Shown piece by piece: positions 42,310 through 56,400 of a stretch of 64,000 nt of DNA. The DNA is from Eledone cirrhosa (taxonomy: Eukaryota). Under the pieces are notes generated by a model. That model had not been told where the DNA came from. It searched no databases and worked only from the letters and a program-made list of their open reading frames with translations. Position 1 is the first letter of the stretch; the number at the start of each line of letters is the position of its first letter. The translations under genes were made by a program, and so were the position numbers. The stretch spans positions 300,886,001-300,950,000 of the forward strand of contig OZ024743.1 in the NCBI GenBank assembly GCA_964016885.1, in the 5' to 3' direction.

Positions 42310-45300
42310 AAAACATATAAAAACCCGCGACCAAGAAATACCGGGATGGAGGCCGGCGGGGAATAGCAGTGTCTCTAGGGGAGGACGAGCACTCCAGTCT
42401 TGGCTGATACTCGTTCTAGCAGTGGTAACACGAAGTGATTACCACTTGGCGGTTAAGGATTAAACGCAACAACATAAAGCCAATGTCAAATGATAAAATC
42501 TCATACCGGATCGGCCGTCACCCGGGTCAAAAAGGGCCGCGTCCCTAAGAGAGGAACCAGACTAAGGTCGAACAATCAGCTAATGGTTCAAACCTTCCCA
42601 CCACTTCGGAGCTGGAGATCTCCCATAACCGGAATACTCCTACTGGTGGCCCTCCATGCTCACCAGCAAGAGACCCAAAGAAAAAGAGAGAAAAATGGTC
42701 AAGGGAAGGCAGTAAAGATGTCCTTGAGGCTTTCTACACTGCCATGTACTACCCATCAAATAGATCGAACACAGAACTGAAGCATATCAACTGGAAAAAG
42801 AAACATCCCGAAATCAGAGACTATATTGATAGTAACAAACTAGCTAATATATGAAGAAATATTGTTAAGAAAAAGTTACTACCTGATATTGAAATTGATC
42901 AGATCAAGCAATTAGCGCAAAGTCAGCGAAGGGAAAATGAAACATGTGCCAGTGAAAACGAAGTAAATTGTAACACCTCAAATCCCAGCGTTGGGGCGGA
43001 ATCACTGACAACAGAACAAATTAAAGAAAGGATCGAACAAGTGGAAGGAGTGCATGCTCAAGATGAAACTCAAAATGAAAACAATGAGACCGTCAATGAT
43101 AAAGAAATGAATGAGAATGAAACTCGCCAACTTCAAGAATGAAATTATGATCGAATGGATGAAAATGAAACAATCTGACATGGGGGAACGAGACACTCTC
43201 CCTAAGATCCAGAACTCCAAACAAAACCAAAGGATAATACACAACACTAACATAACTCTCAAAAACATCATCATCACAAATAAACTAAACATTACTGATC
43301 TAAATCAACTCTATTATGCATTGGCTGAAGTGACCACTCACTTATATGGAGTGAAAATGAAATAGCAAAGGAAATCCCACAAAAAAAAACCTACCTGACA
43401 AGAGAACACCGATCGCCAGATAAATCTTCACCGATCTGAAATGTTATCAATCTACAAAGTAGGTGAGCATGTTAAACAAACTATACTTAGAAAATTGAAA
43501 AGAAAATACAGTATAAAATCAACAAGTGACATAGACATGCTGATAGAAACAATCAAGCAAAAAGTGTCGGCCAAAGCTGCTCGTATAAGGCGCTTGGAAA
43601 AACGATCTAGATTCTATAAGGACAATCATATGTTCACAAACAACCAAAGAAACTTCTACAGAAAAATTGGCAGGTCAACAATAACTGCTAAATCAATACC
43701 ACCCAAGGATGAAATACAAGAATTCTTTGAAAGGATCTGGGCTGAAGAAAAGTTCATAATATACATGCCCCATGGATAGACAGACAAATAAAAGATACAG
43801 CTCACCTTGAGAAAGAAACATGGGAAAACATCTGTGTTTAGCTGTTAGAAAATATAGCAAATGAATATCCCCAGGGAAAGACAAATTACCAAATTTTGGA
43901 TAAATGCGTTCACAAAATATCATGAGATGTTAGCACAAATTTACAATGAAATTGTTAAGGAGCCAGAAAAGAAACCACCATGGCTAGTTAACGGCATTAC
44001 ATTACTACTTCCGAAGAATGATGAGACAAACAATCCCCAAAATTACAGACCGATAACTTCCTTGACCACAATGTATAAAATGTTAACACCAATCCTAACT
44101 GAATATGGATATGACCACCTGATAACAAATGACCTATTTCCCAATGATCAGACAGGGTGTAAACGAGGCTCATGTGGCTGTAAGGATCAGCTTTTGGTTA
44201 ACAAATGATATTGGAAGATTGTCATAATAGACACAACATCCTATCAATTACTTGGATAGATTACAAAAAAGCATTCGATAGTTTGCCACACAATTGGATT
44301 GAAAAGTGTTTAGAGATTTTCAAAATATCTCCCGTTGTCAGGAGGTGCCTGTCAATCCGGATGAAGACATGGAAAACGGCACTCCTTTTGAATAGTGAAA
44401 AGAAATCACTGGAAGCTGGAGAAGTTAATATTAATTGTAGAATTTTTCAGGGTGACTCTTTATCACCGCTTTTATTCTGTATCGCACTTATACCATAAGT
44501 TAAAATGCTTAATGGAACAAGACATGGATATAAAGTCTGACAAAACCTTTAATCACTTGTTCTACGTGGATGAACTGAAACTATTTGCAAAAAAATGATG
44601 AGCAATTGCAAGGTCTATTATCCACCGTGGAGCAGTTCAGTGATGATATTAAAATGGAGTTTGGACTAGATAAATGCGCCAAAGCCACGTTCACCAGAAG
44701 AAACCAGAGAAGTTCAGACATTAATCTTGATTAGGGGAATGTGATAAGAGAACTTGATCAAGCGGAAACTTACAAATATCTACGTGTTTGTGAAGGAGAC
44801 GGAATCAAGGACTCGAAAATGAGGGAAAGGATAAGGAAGTAATGTTACCGCAGAGTAAGAGCAATATTAAGAACGAAACTGAATGTAAGGAATAGGATCG
44901 ATGTCATGAACGCGCTTGCCATACCATTACCTACAGTTACAATTTCATCAACTGGTCAAGCACAGAGATCCGTAGACTCAATACAAAAATCAGAAAATTC
45001 TTAACCGTGCACAGAATGCATCACCCTAAGGCAGATACAGATAGGATATATCTCCCTAGGAAAGCAGGCGGTCGTGGATTAATCCAGTTAGATATTGCTT
45101 TGAAAACTGCAACAATTGGTTTATCTACATATCTAATGGAATCACATGATTGGATGATCAAACTCGTTTTGAAGCATGAAAGCATCAACAGATCATACTC
45201 CATTACAAAAGAGGCCCAAGATACAGTAATGAACTACACATTTCAGAATTTCCATTTACTGCTGAAATGAAAAACAGTGAAAAAACACAGCAGGTAAAAG

Positions 45301-46222
45301 TAACTGCAAATAAAGAACTGCTACAGAAACTGGCTAAGAAATGGCAAGAAAATCCTCTGTATGGAAAATACCCAGAAAGAGCTAAGAATCCTGATGTTGA
45401 GAAAACTTTAACCCATCAGTGTTTGGCATCCTCCGGACTGAAATCGGAGACTGAAGGACTGATTATATCAGCACAAAATCAGTATCTGCAAAAAATAAAT
45501 TGTTAAGCCAACATAATAAAAAAAATGGATGGAACGCATTATGCCGTGTATGTAACAAAACAACCAAAGACCATTGATCATATAATTTAAATGTGCAGTC
45601 CTATACCTCCAACCGAATACATAAAGAGGCACGACAGAGCTGCACAATACATACATTGGATAATAGAAATTGGTGGGAGCATCAACCACCTCCCGTACAT
45701 GAAAAAGGTCACATCTCAATCTTGTTGAACTTTAGCATTCAAACAGACCGAAACATAGATGCAAATAGACCTGATATAATACTGAGGGACTTTAAAAAGA
45801 GGGTATGCCTGCTAATTGATATGTCCGTTACAATAGATAAGAATGTATCTATAATAATATTTGAAAAATTGAGCAAGTATAAAGACCTGGAGATAGAAAT
45901 TGGAAAAAATGTGGAAGTTGAGAACTAAAACAATACCAGTGGTTGTAGGCGCTCTAAGAATGATACCTAAGGGGTCTAATGATTACTTATCGCAAATCCC
46001 AGGAAGAAATGGGAGAAATACAAAAGATAGTATTAATGGGAACTGCCCATATACTAAGGAAGATTCTGTCAATATAAGTACATCACAAGTCTAAACACCT
46101 AAAGATGCATGTATGTGTATGTATGTTCTTTCTTGAACATGGCGGACCTTGGGGTCTCTTGAGGTCACTGGTTGTGACTTGGTGATCACTCGTATGGACA
46201 TAAAGCAAGATAAATGCAACTT
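42310..46222 (+). mobile_element. R4/Dong-clade LINE family 2, near full length, many stops and frameshifts
   Basis: NYRPITSL, DQLLVNK, WIDYKKAFDSLPH, IFQGDSLSPLLF, LFYVDELKLF, GGRGL, NRPDIIL..IDMSV..KLSKY; ends in (TAA)n. Confidence 0.92.
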
Positions 46223-46256
46223 TAATAATAATAATAATATTAATACTAATAATAAT

Positions 46257-48545
46257 GCTTTCTTTATTAACCACAAGGGTTTACATAAAGTAGACATTAA
46301 GGACAGTACAGGACAATACAGGACGGTACAAAAGGGCATTTCTGCGTGTAAAAAAAAACAAGAAACAGAGGATGTAATAATAGAACAATGAAAACATTCC
46401 CCAGTAGGGGGGAGACTTCCGAGGGAAATTCGTGGAGAAAGCCCATTAAAAAGACACAGTGACCATGACCACCAGGGCAAGTGCCCTCTCCCAGTTTTCC
46501 ACCTTTAATTTACAGACATATACTCAGAGTAGGCCCATTCATTAGGGCCATACTTGCCTCTCTCACGCATATTTCAACAAAATGCTGGGAAGAGAGCACT
46601 TCCCTCTCTACCCTGATTTTCTTTTTCAAATGAAATTTGAAAAAGTTAATCAGGGCATCACCGAAGAGGTAAGTGCTCGTCTTCAGCCCTTTCAAACGTG
46701 TCCACCATACTATCTCTTTCGCCATGGCCACCAGACAGATAAAAACTGCCTGCTCTTCCCGGCTAAAGGAAGAGGGCGGGGCAATCCTCACGATGGACTC
46801 AGCTAATAGCTGGATCCGTCCTACACGCGACAGTAGGTGTTCGACATAAACCCACAAGTCAGCAATGCTAGCACACTGGACGAGTGCGTGCAAGACGGTT
46901 TCGTCGCCCTGCACGCATCTCGGACATGCCTGGCTGACGGCACCTCCATGCCTGTAGAGTTTATCTCGAACTGGCAAAGCTCCTCGGTAGCACTGCCAGG
47001 CCAGGGATTTCTGGAAGTTGTCCATAAGCCCCGGCCCGAAAGTTCTTCCGAAGAGATTGGCTAGTTGATTTTCGTCGACGCCTAGTGTTTCCCCAAGTAC
47101 GTCGTCGCTCTTTCCCTCCACTAATCCTCTAAAGAACGCCAAGATGGAGTTTCCACCGATCACATTGCCCGATTGGTCGAGGGCTGTGAGCGCCTGAAGA
47201 CATTCCAGTCTCTAAGCTCTCGGTCTTCGATTGACCCAGGACTGCAGCTCCCTCAAGGAGACGATCTGGGGAAAGACGCGTCTAACAAACTGCGACCACA
47301 CCTGATGACCGTCGAGGAAGACGTGGATACTTCGTAGCCTGAGTACGTGTCTGCGCATCATCAGCCACGTCATTCCCAGCCCTCCACGTAGCGGGTGTTT
47401 ACAGCATATCGACCGCCCGACCATCGGAGCGCGTCCCTTCGACAAAAAACGAAAGAGCAAACGCTCCAGCTCAGTCAGGCGGGGCTTAGGAAAAGGTACG
47501 ACGGTCAGGCGGTAGTAGATGACGGACGCGATGTACGCGTTAGCCACCTCCGCTCGACCTTTCAGGGATAGCTTCCTCTCCGCCCATTTCTGGGTGAGAG
47601 AAGCCACCCTGCTCGTCACCTCGTCCCAGTTTTTGTCCGTCTGGAGGTCCGGACCGAACCAGATCCCGAGCAATTTAACCGGTCCCTCCGTCCAGCTCCC
47701 GATGACGCTGTTGGACGGCATGGACCTGCCTCTCCAGGTACCGAGCTGCAGGCCCACTGACGTTTCCTGGTTGATCATTGCTCCTGTCACCACTTCGTAT
47801 TCTCTTAGTGTAGTGCCGATCGCCTTGATGTGTTTGGCGTTAGACACCACTACGGTGACATCGTCCGCATATGCTGACACGGATCTTCCGCAACCTAGTT
47901 CGCGCGGGACCCCCCTCAACGTCTCCAGTTTGTGCAGTAATGGCTCGAGAGTCAATACGTACACGAGGGACGAGTGGGGACATCCTTGGTGGACCGAGCG
48001 CATGATGTTGAACGGTTCCGAAAGGTGACCGTTCACTCTCACCACAGAGCAGATGTCGCTGTGCATGTCAGCGATCCAGCCTCTGAAGACGGGCCCAAAC
48101 CAGCCGCCCTCAGGACTGCCGCTAGGTAACGATGGTCGACCCTATCGAAAGCTTTCAACTGATCTAAATTGATCAAGGACCCACCGGTGCCAGGTTCCCT
48201 AGCTACCCTCTCTACGATGTATCGCATGAAGTGGAGTTTGTCGTGGATGGATCTGTCGGGAATGGCACATGTCTGCACCTCTCCCACCAGACCACCAACC
48301 ACAAGAGCCAACCTCTTTGCTAGCACCTTGGCCAAAATCTTGAACTCTGTGTTTAGCAGAGCTATGGGCCTAAAATTATCTATGTTATCCCCCTTATTCG
48401 GATCCTTTCTCAACCGCGCCACAGCTCCTCGGCTCACAGAGCTGGGAATTCTCCCGTTCTGTTGCCACTTGCAGTAGACGTCCGCCAAGAGGTCTCCGAA
48501 CAAGTCTGGCATCTGTACGTAATGTTCATAGGGCAGACCATCAAA
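46257..48545 (-). mobile_element. 5'-truncated Tx1-like (L1 group) LINE: RT, C-terminal Cys domain, 3' UTR
   Basis: NFRPIALLN, DQLKAFDRVDH, QGCP, YADD, KLSLKGR, CPRC..ETVLHALVQC; the 3' end abuts (TAA)n. Confidence 0.92.
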
Positions 48546-48561
48546 TAATAAAAATAATAAT

Positions 48562-48874
48562 CTGACACAAGAGTGCAAGAAAAGGAGGAGAAAATTAACC
48601 GATAACAGGATTTAAAGTGAAAGATGACATTTATTTGGGACTGTCATAAGATCAAGATTGTCCAGATTGTCATAGGAGCACTAGGTACTATCTCAAACGT
48701 TTTCATGGTTAATGAATATTATTCCAGACGCCTTTTTGGAACACTTCAAAATGTATGCGCTGCAGGGAACAGCAAGAACACTCCGATACCTTCTGGATAT
48801 ATGAGGCTGCATGTATCTGTTTGATCTTCATTTGCACAAACTTTCCAGTTAAATAACTCAATGACTGAGACTCC
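48562..48874 (+). mobile_element. R4/Dong family 1 3' fragment
   Basis: IVIGALGTIS, LFGTLQ; same 3' UTR as 53300-53375; followed by (TAA)n. Confidence 0.85.
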
Positions 48875-49574
48875 AATAATAATAATAATAATGATAACGA
48901 TAATAATAATAATAATATTAATGTAAAACGCACATGGAATAATAAGAAAACGCACATGGGAATAATAAGAAAACGCATATGGTGGATATATATCGTTATG
49001 GAATCGCTCCCGTAAGTTTTTGATTTTTACTTATTTAAAACAACTGTGATAGAATAATTCTTATTACAAATGCAGTATAAGATTACAGTTTTTAACGCTC
49101 AGCAAGCCATAACGTATCACTTTACGGCATAGGGGCCCAATATTTAATATTTAATTTTGGATCAGAAATGTTATAGTCGAAAAAGAGAAAAATGGGAAAA
49201 TGGCTAAGTAGACAGACAGGCAAATAATTTCATCACCAACACCACCACCGCCATCATCACCACTACCACGCCACATACTCTAGTCAAGTTACCTCAACTT
49301 CTATTTCTACTTCAACTTCAACACCATCACTACAGTACTACGATCACATCACCACCATCACTGCCTCATTATAGCTACCGCCGCTATTCTCTCCCAATAG
49401 CTCCTGCTAAGTACTACTAGCACAGCAGCACCACCACCACCACCGTCACCACCACTGCCTCATTATCGCTACCGCCGCAATTCTCTCCCACAACCGTCCT
49501 GCTAAGACATGCATCGTAGTGTCCCCACTAAAAGAGGAAGGCATCAAAAGATAGAAATAGACTGATTTGATGAC

Positions 49575-52500
49575 CCGGTCAAAAAATCAAAAAAAGAAAA
49601 ATCAAAATCAAAATAGCACAGCAACAACGAAAAACGTAAAGAAAAGAAAAATGAAAAGAAAAACAGACAGACAGAGAAGGAAAAAAAAAACTAAGTCAGA
49701 CATTCAAACATTACATTACAATGAAACTTATGCTTATTCTTTTTTCGGGGGGTTTTACCTATTTGTTTGTTTGTTTATTTATGTTCGTCTACAGCGTGAT
49801 AGTGCCACACTAAAATCACCGGGGGTGATGAAATCACCGGAGGTGGTTATGTAACCATACATTCACCAATCCTCGATAAGAGTGTTTAAATGTCGAACCT
49901 AAACAGTTCTAATAACGGTGAAGTGGAGACTGGAATGTCATGTGACAGACACTCACCCACCAGGTGCTCCCTGGCTCAGCAGCAGTGACCTGGCTGTCAA
50001 CCAAATACTGCTGGTTTCGGAGGAAGAAGAAGAAGGAAAGGGACCAGAACCAACTGGACGAAAGAATTGAATAGAACTGTTACGCAATGTTACCTGAATA
50101 GTAACCCCAAGGAGAAAGGCTATAGGAAACGGATGCATAACATCTGGTACGAGATTGGTCTATTTAAATTAGATAAACAAAAATTGGGCCGGCAGGCTCG
50201 GGTAATAAGAACTAATGGGTGGATAAGCGAGCTGGAACTGGAGGAACTGACCAGAGAGATTAGGTTGGAAATGGAGAGTGGAGTATGCCAGGCAAACGAG
50301 CCAGTGTGAAATGAAGGTGAAGAGGTTGAGAAAACGGAGGAACCATCCGAAGCAGACAATGATCTGAATGCTGAAATAAATAATACCTGGAACAAAGATA
50401 CGGCCATTGAGGAGATGAATGCTGACGGGCTAGGACAAGATTTGGTTGATATCCTAAACTTAGTGGTAGATTAATTGAGATGATAGTAGGAAACCTATGA
50501 ACCTAAGATTTGTAGACAGGAAAAAGTTAAAAGAAACAACAGCTAAGGTAAACAAAGTCATCCCATACCTTGAGGCGAGGAGCCTTCACCAGTGCAACAA
50601 TATCCTCAAAGCAACAGCAAATGCGGTCAGGCAATTACTTGGCATAAAAGCGAGAGGAAACAACAAACAAGAAAGATCAGAACCCTTGCTGGAAGATTCG
50701 ACTGAATGGTCAAATCAGGGAAATGAGAAATGACATTGGAAAGCTTGAGTCCATACTAAGAAACATAGACACTAAAAATAGACTGGAAATAAAGTACAAA
50801 ACTAGGAGGAAAACGCGAAATATTATCATAGAGGAACTGAAGCAACGCATTGTAGCAAAGAGTGCAACAATTAGGCGATACGAGAGCATGGTCAGTCAGT
50901 ATAGACAGAACCGCATGTTTGACAACAACCAGAAGATGCTGTTTGGACAGATTGAAGTGAAAGAAAGAGTCAACGTCTTGATCCCTGAGGCGGAACAAAC
51001 TAAGACATTCTGGAGAGGAATATGGAAGCAGGATGTTAAACATAATGACCAGACAGTGTGAATTGAGACAGTACAAAAGGAGATTAGTGAACAGGCACAC
51101 CAACAAACTGATTTGAGTATCACTGTTGAAACCCTTAAGGGGCAGGCCGAAAACTAACCAACTGGAAATCACCAGGCCCAGATGGTGTGCAGGGATATGT
51201 GATTAAAAATATAACATCCCTCCACCCGAAACTGACAACCATGTTCAATGAGTGCTTGATGTCAGCTGAGGTACTAGAGTGGTTGACAAAAGGTACCACA
51301 GTTCTGGTAATGAAAGACCGAATCAAAGGTAATGATGTTACCAATTATAGACCTATCACATGTCTGTCCGTAATGTGGAAACTGTTGACAAGCATTATGT
51401 CTGAGGAAATCTACCATCACCTCCACACAAACAACGTGTTACCGGACGAACAGAAAGGATGCCGAAAGAAGTCCCGTGGTACAAAGGACCAGTTACTTAT
51501 TGATAAGATGGTAATGAGGAACTTGTAGAGGAGACACACTTGTCTTGCCATGGGATGGATAGACTACAGAAAGGCATTTGACATGGTGCCTCATTCTTGG
51601 ATCACCAAAAGCCTGGAGATATTCAAGGTGGCAGATAACATCAGACAGTTGTTGGGCAAGAGTATGAGGTCCTGGGAAACAGAGTTGACATCAACTGGAG
51701 AATCCTTGGGAAGCTTGAAGATCAAGAGAGGTATCTTCCAGGGAGATAGCCTGTCCCCTCTGTTGTTTGTCCTTGTCCTGATGCCCCTGACCAGGGTACT
51801 GCGAAAAGTGAGAGCAGGATACGGTTTGGGAAAGGGAGGGCTTACCATCAATCACCTCCTCTTCATGGACGATCTTGAGCTCTTCGGGAAGCGTGAGAAG
51901 GAGTTGGATGTGCTTGTTGACACTGTCCGTATTTTCAGCAGTGATATATGTATGCAGTTTGGTATTAGTAAGTGTGTAGTCATTGTGATGAGGAGGGGTA
52001 GGTTGAGCAGAAGTAACGGAATCCAAATACCAACAGGTGAGATGATAAAGGAAATTGACTCTGAGGAAGGATACAAGTATTTGGGCGTTCTGGAGGCTGA
52101 TGGCATAAAGAACAAAAAAATGAAGGAATTGTTAAGAACTGAATACATTCGGAGAGTAAGGAGCGTATTGAAGTCACATCTGAACAGCAGAAATGCCATA
52201 AGCGCAGTAAATTCCCGAGATGTGTCTATTATTAGGTACAGTGCGGGAATTCTGAGATGGAATGTTGCTGAACAAAAAGAAATGGATAGGAAGACTAGGA
52301 AGCTATTGATTATCTACAACATGTTCCACAAGAGGAGTGATGTCGATAGACTCTACCTAAGGAGATCTGAGGATCGAAGAGGTCTTATCAGCATAGAGAA
52401 CTGTGTTCACATGGAGAAAAACAACCTACACAAATACGTGGCTGATAGTAGGGAGCCAATGCTCAGAACTGTACTGAAGGAGGGGACAATAGGCTAGGGG

Positions 52501-53374
52501 ATGTCCAAGGAGGAAATAACATCAAGGAGAAAGAGCAGCCTTCAGGTAAAATCCCTTCATAGTACCTTCTTTGAGAAAACTGAATTTAGAGATCCACAGA
52601 CACGGAACTGGTTAAGAAGAGGAGACCTTAAAAAGGCTACAGAAGGAATGTTAATGGCTGCGCAGGAGCAGGCCCTCAAAACGAAGTGGTTGAAACACCA
52701 TATTTACAAGGAGGAGGCTAGCCCACTGTGCAGGATCTGTGGAGAGAGAGAGGAGACTGTGGCTCTCATTGTATCCGAGTGTGAACACCTAGCCCAGACC
52801 CACTATAAGGGCTGGAGACATGATGTGATGGGCAGGGTGATCCACTGGCACCTGTGCAAAGTAAACAATTTACCACATTCTGAGAAATGTTATGAGCATA
52901 AGCCAGAGGCGGTGATGGAGAACGATCAGGTGAAGGTGCTGTTGGATTTTAGGATACAGTCGGACAAGAAACTGGAACACAATAGACCTGGCCTGGTGGT
53001 TGTGGACAAAGAAAAAAGATCGTGTCTGATTGTGGATGTGGCCTGCCCATTCGACACGAGAGTGCAAGAGAAAGAGAGGGAGAAAATTAACCGATACCAG
53101 GACTTAAAGTGGGAGGTAAAAAGGATTTGGAACTGCCATGAAGTGAAAGTGATCCCGATTGTCATAGGCGCACTGGGGACTATCTCCAAAAGTTTCCAGG
53201 GATGGTTAAAGAAAATCGGCCCCTTCACGCTTTTTGGAACGCTTCAAAAGGCATGCTTGCTGGGAACAGCAAGTGTCCTCCGATACGTCCTGAATATCTG
53301 AGGCTGCAGGTAGTGGCTTGATATTCATTCCAACGGACTTTCCAGTTAACTAACATCAATGACTGAGATTCAAG

Positions 53375-53375
<1 letters not shown>
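49575..53375 (+). mobile_element. R4/Dong family 1 copy A, full length, interrupted ORF (ATG at 49890)
   Basis: ORF pieces 50067-53301 contain RT (LFMDD, QGDSLSP) and REL (RHD, NRP.L..VD, EK..RY). Followed by (TAA)n. Confidence 0.93.

Positions 53376-53443
<68 letters not shown>
53376..53443 (+). repeat. (TAA)n tract joining the two tandem Dong copies
   Basis: Direct reading. Confidence 0.95.
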
Positions 53444-53444
<1 letters not shown>

Positions 53445-56400
53445 TCAAAAGAAAAAAGAAAAAACAAACAAAACCAAAGCAGCACAGCAACAACAGCAAA
53501 AAACGAGAAAAACAAACAGAGAAAAACAAAAACAAAAACAAAAACAAAAAAAAAACCCAAAACGTAAAGAAAATAAGAATGAAGAGAGAAGCAGGCGGAC
53601 GGACAGAGAAGAGGGGGGAAAAACTAAAACATAAAAAACAGAAACTAAGTCAGACATTCGAACACTACATTACAATGAAACTTATGCTTATTCATTTCTG
53701 GGGCCCTTTCTGCCTGTGTGTTTGTTTGTTTATGTGTGTTCGTATACAGCGTGGTGATAATGCCACACAAGGGCCAAGTGGAATGACGGATCCACAGATG
53801 GCTATGTAACCATACATTCGCCAATCCTCGATAAGAGTGTTTAAATATCGAACATAAACAGTTCGAATAACGGTGAAATGGACACTAGAACGTCATGTGA
53901 CAGACTCTCACCCAACAGGTGCCCCCTGGCTCAGCAGCAGGAACCTGACTGTCAACCAAATACTGCTGATGTTGGAGGAAGGAGAAGAAGGAAAGGGGCC
54001 AGAACCAACTGAACGAAAGAATTGAATAGAACTGTTATGCAATGTTACCTGAAAAGTAACCCCAAGGAGAGGGGCTACAGGAGACGGATGCATAACATCT
54101 GGAACGAGATTGGTTTATTTAAATTAGATGAACAAAAATTGGCCGGGCAGGGTCGGGTAATAAGAACTAATGGGTGGATAAGCGAGCTGGAACTGGAGGA
54201 ACTGAGCAGAGAGAATGGCTTGGAGATGGCGGGTGTAGTATGCCAGACAAGCGAGCCAGTGGGAAATGAAGGTGAAGAGGTCCTGAGAACGGAGGAAGCA
54301 CCCGAAGCAGACAATGATCTGAATACTGAGATAAATAATACCTGGAACAGAGATAGGGCCACTGAGGAGATGAATGCTGACGGGCTAGGACAAGATTCGG
54401 TTGACATCCTAAATTTAGTGGTAGATGAATTGAACAATGATAGTGGGAGACCTATGAACCTAAGATTTGTAGACAGGAAAAAGTTAAAAGAAACAACAGC
54501 TAAGGTAAACAAAGTCATCCCATACCTTGAGGCGAGGAGCCTTCACCAGTGCAACAATATCCTCAAAGCAACAGCAAATACGGTGAGGAAACTACTTGGT
54601 ATAAAAGCGAGAGGAAACAACAGACAAGAAAGAGCAGAGCCGTGGTGGAAAAAGCGACTGAGTGGGCAAATCGGGGAAATGAGAAATGACATAGGAAAGC
54701 TTGAGTCACTACTGAATGGGACACTAAAAAACATAGGCACTAAAAATAGACTGGAAATAAAATACAAAACTAGGAGGAAAAAGCTAAATATTATCATAGA
54801 GGAACTGAAGCAACGCATTGTAGCAAAGAGTGCAAAAATCAGGCGATACGAGAACAGAGTCAGTCAGTATAAACAGAACCGCATGTTCGACAACAACCAG
54901 AAGATGCTGTTTGGACAGCTTGAGGGGAAAGAAAGAGGCAACGACTTGATCCCTGGGGCGGAGCAAACTAAAACATTCTGGAGAGGAATATGGGAGCAGG
55001 CTGTTAGACATAATGTCCAGGCAGGGTGGATTGAGACAGTACAGAGGGAGATCGGTGAGCAGGCACAACAACAAACTGATTTGAGTATCACAGTTGAAAC
55101 TCTTAAGGGGCAGGCCAAAAAACTAACCAACTGGAAATCACCAGGCCCAGATGGTGTGCAGGGGTATTGGATTAAACATTTAACATCCCTCCACCCGATG
55201 CTGACGGCCATGTTCAATGACTGCTTGGTGTCGGGTGAGGTGCCAGAGTGGTTGACAAAAGGTACCACAGTTCTGATAATGAAAGACCGAATCAAGGGTA
55301 ATAATGTTACCAACTATAGACCTATCACATATCTGTCCGTAATGTGGAAACTGTTGACGAGCATTGTGTCTGAGGAAATCTACCATCACCTCCACACAAA
55401 CAACTTGTTACCGGACGAACAGAAAGGATGCCGAAAGAAGTCACGTGGTACAAAGGACCAGTTACTTGTTGATAAGATGGTAATGGGGAATTGCAGGAGG
55501 AGACACACTGATCTTGCCATGGGATGGATAGACTACAGAAAGGCATTTGACATGGTGCCTCATGCTTGGATCACCAAAAGCCTGGAGATTTTCAGGGTGG
55601 CAGATAACATCAGACAGTTGCTAGGCAGGAGTATGGGGTCCTGGGAGACAGAGTTGACATCAACTGGAGAATCCTTGGGAAGCGTGAAGATCAAGAGAGG
55701 TATCTTCCAGGGAGATAGCCTGTCCCCTCTGTTGTTTGTCCTTGCCCTGATGCCCTTGACCATTATGCTGCGAAAAGTGAGAGCAGGATACAAGTTGGGA
55801 AGGGGAGAGCTTACCATCAATCACCTCCTCTTCATGGACGATCTTAAACTCTTCGGGAAAAGTGAGAAGGAGTTGGATGTGCTTGTTGACACTGTCCGTA
55901 TTTTCAGCAGTGATATATGTATGCAGTTTGGTATTGGTAAATGTGTAGTCATTGTGATGAGGAGGGGTAGGTTGAGCAGAAGTAACGGGATCCATATACC
56001 AACAGGTGAGATGATAAAGGAAATTGACTCTGAGGAAGGATACAAGTATTTGGGCGTTCTGGAGGCTGATGGCATAAAGAACAAAAAAATGAAGGAATTG
56101 TTAAGAACTGAATACATTCGGAGAGTAAGGAGCGTATTGAAGTCACATCGGAACAGCAGAAATGCCATAAGCGCAGTAAAGTCCCGAGCTTTGTCTATTA
56201 TTAGGTACAGTGTGGGAATTCTGAGATGGAATGTTGCTGAACAAAAAGAAATGGATAGGAAGACTAGGAAGCTATTGACTATCTACAACATGTTCCACAA
56301 GAGGAGTGATGTCGATAGACTCTACCTAAGGAGATCTGAGGGTGGAAGAGGTCTTATCAGCATAGAGGACTGTGTTCAGATGGAGAAAAACAACCTATAC

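Noticed and set aside
53810-53882. HDV-like ribozyme in the Dong 5' region (CATTCGCC..TCCTCG..GGTGAAATG)
   Set aside because: P1/P1.1 and the catalytic C could not be placed, and the segment overlaps the inferred ORF start. It needs an RNArobo or Infernal search.
54010-54012. In-frame TGA in Dong copy B as possible selenocysteine or readthrough
   Set aside because: Copy A has TGG (Trp) at this codon, so it is an ordinary nonsense mutation.
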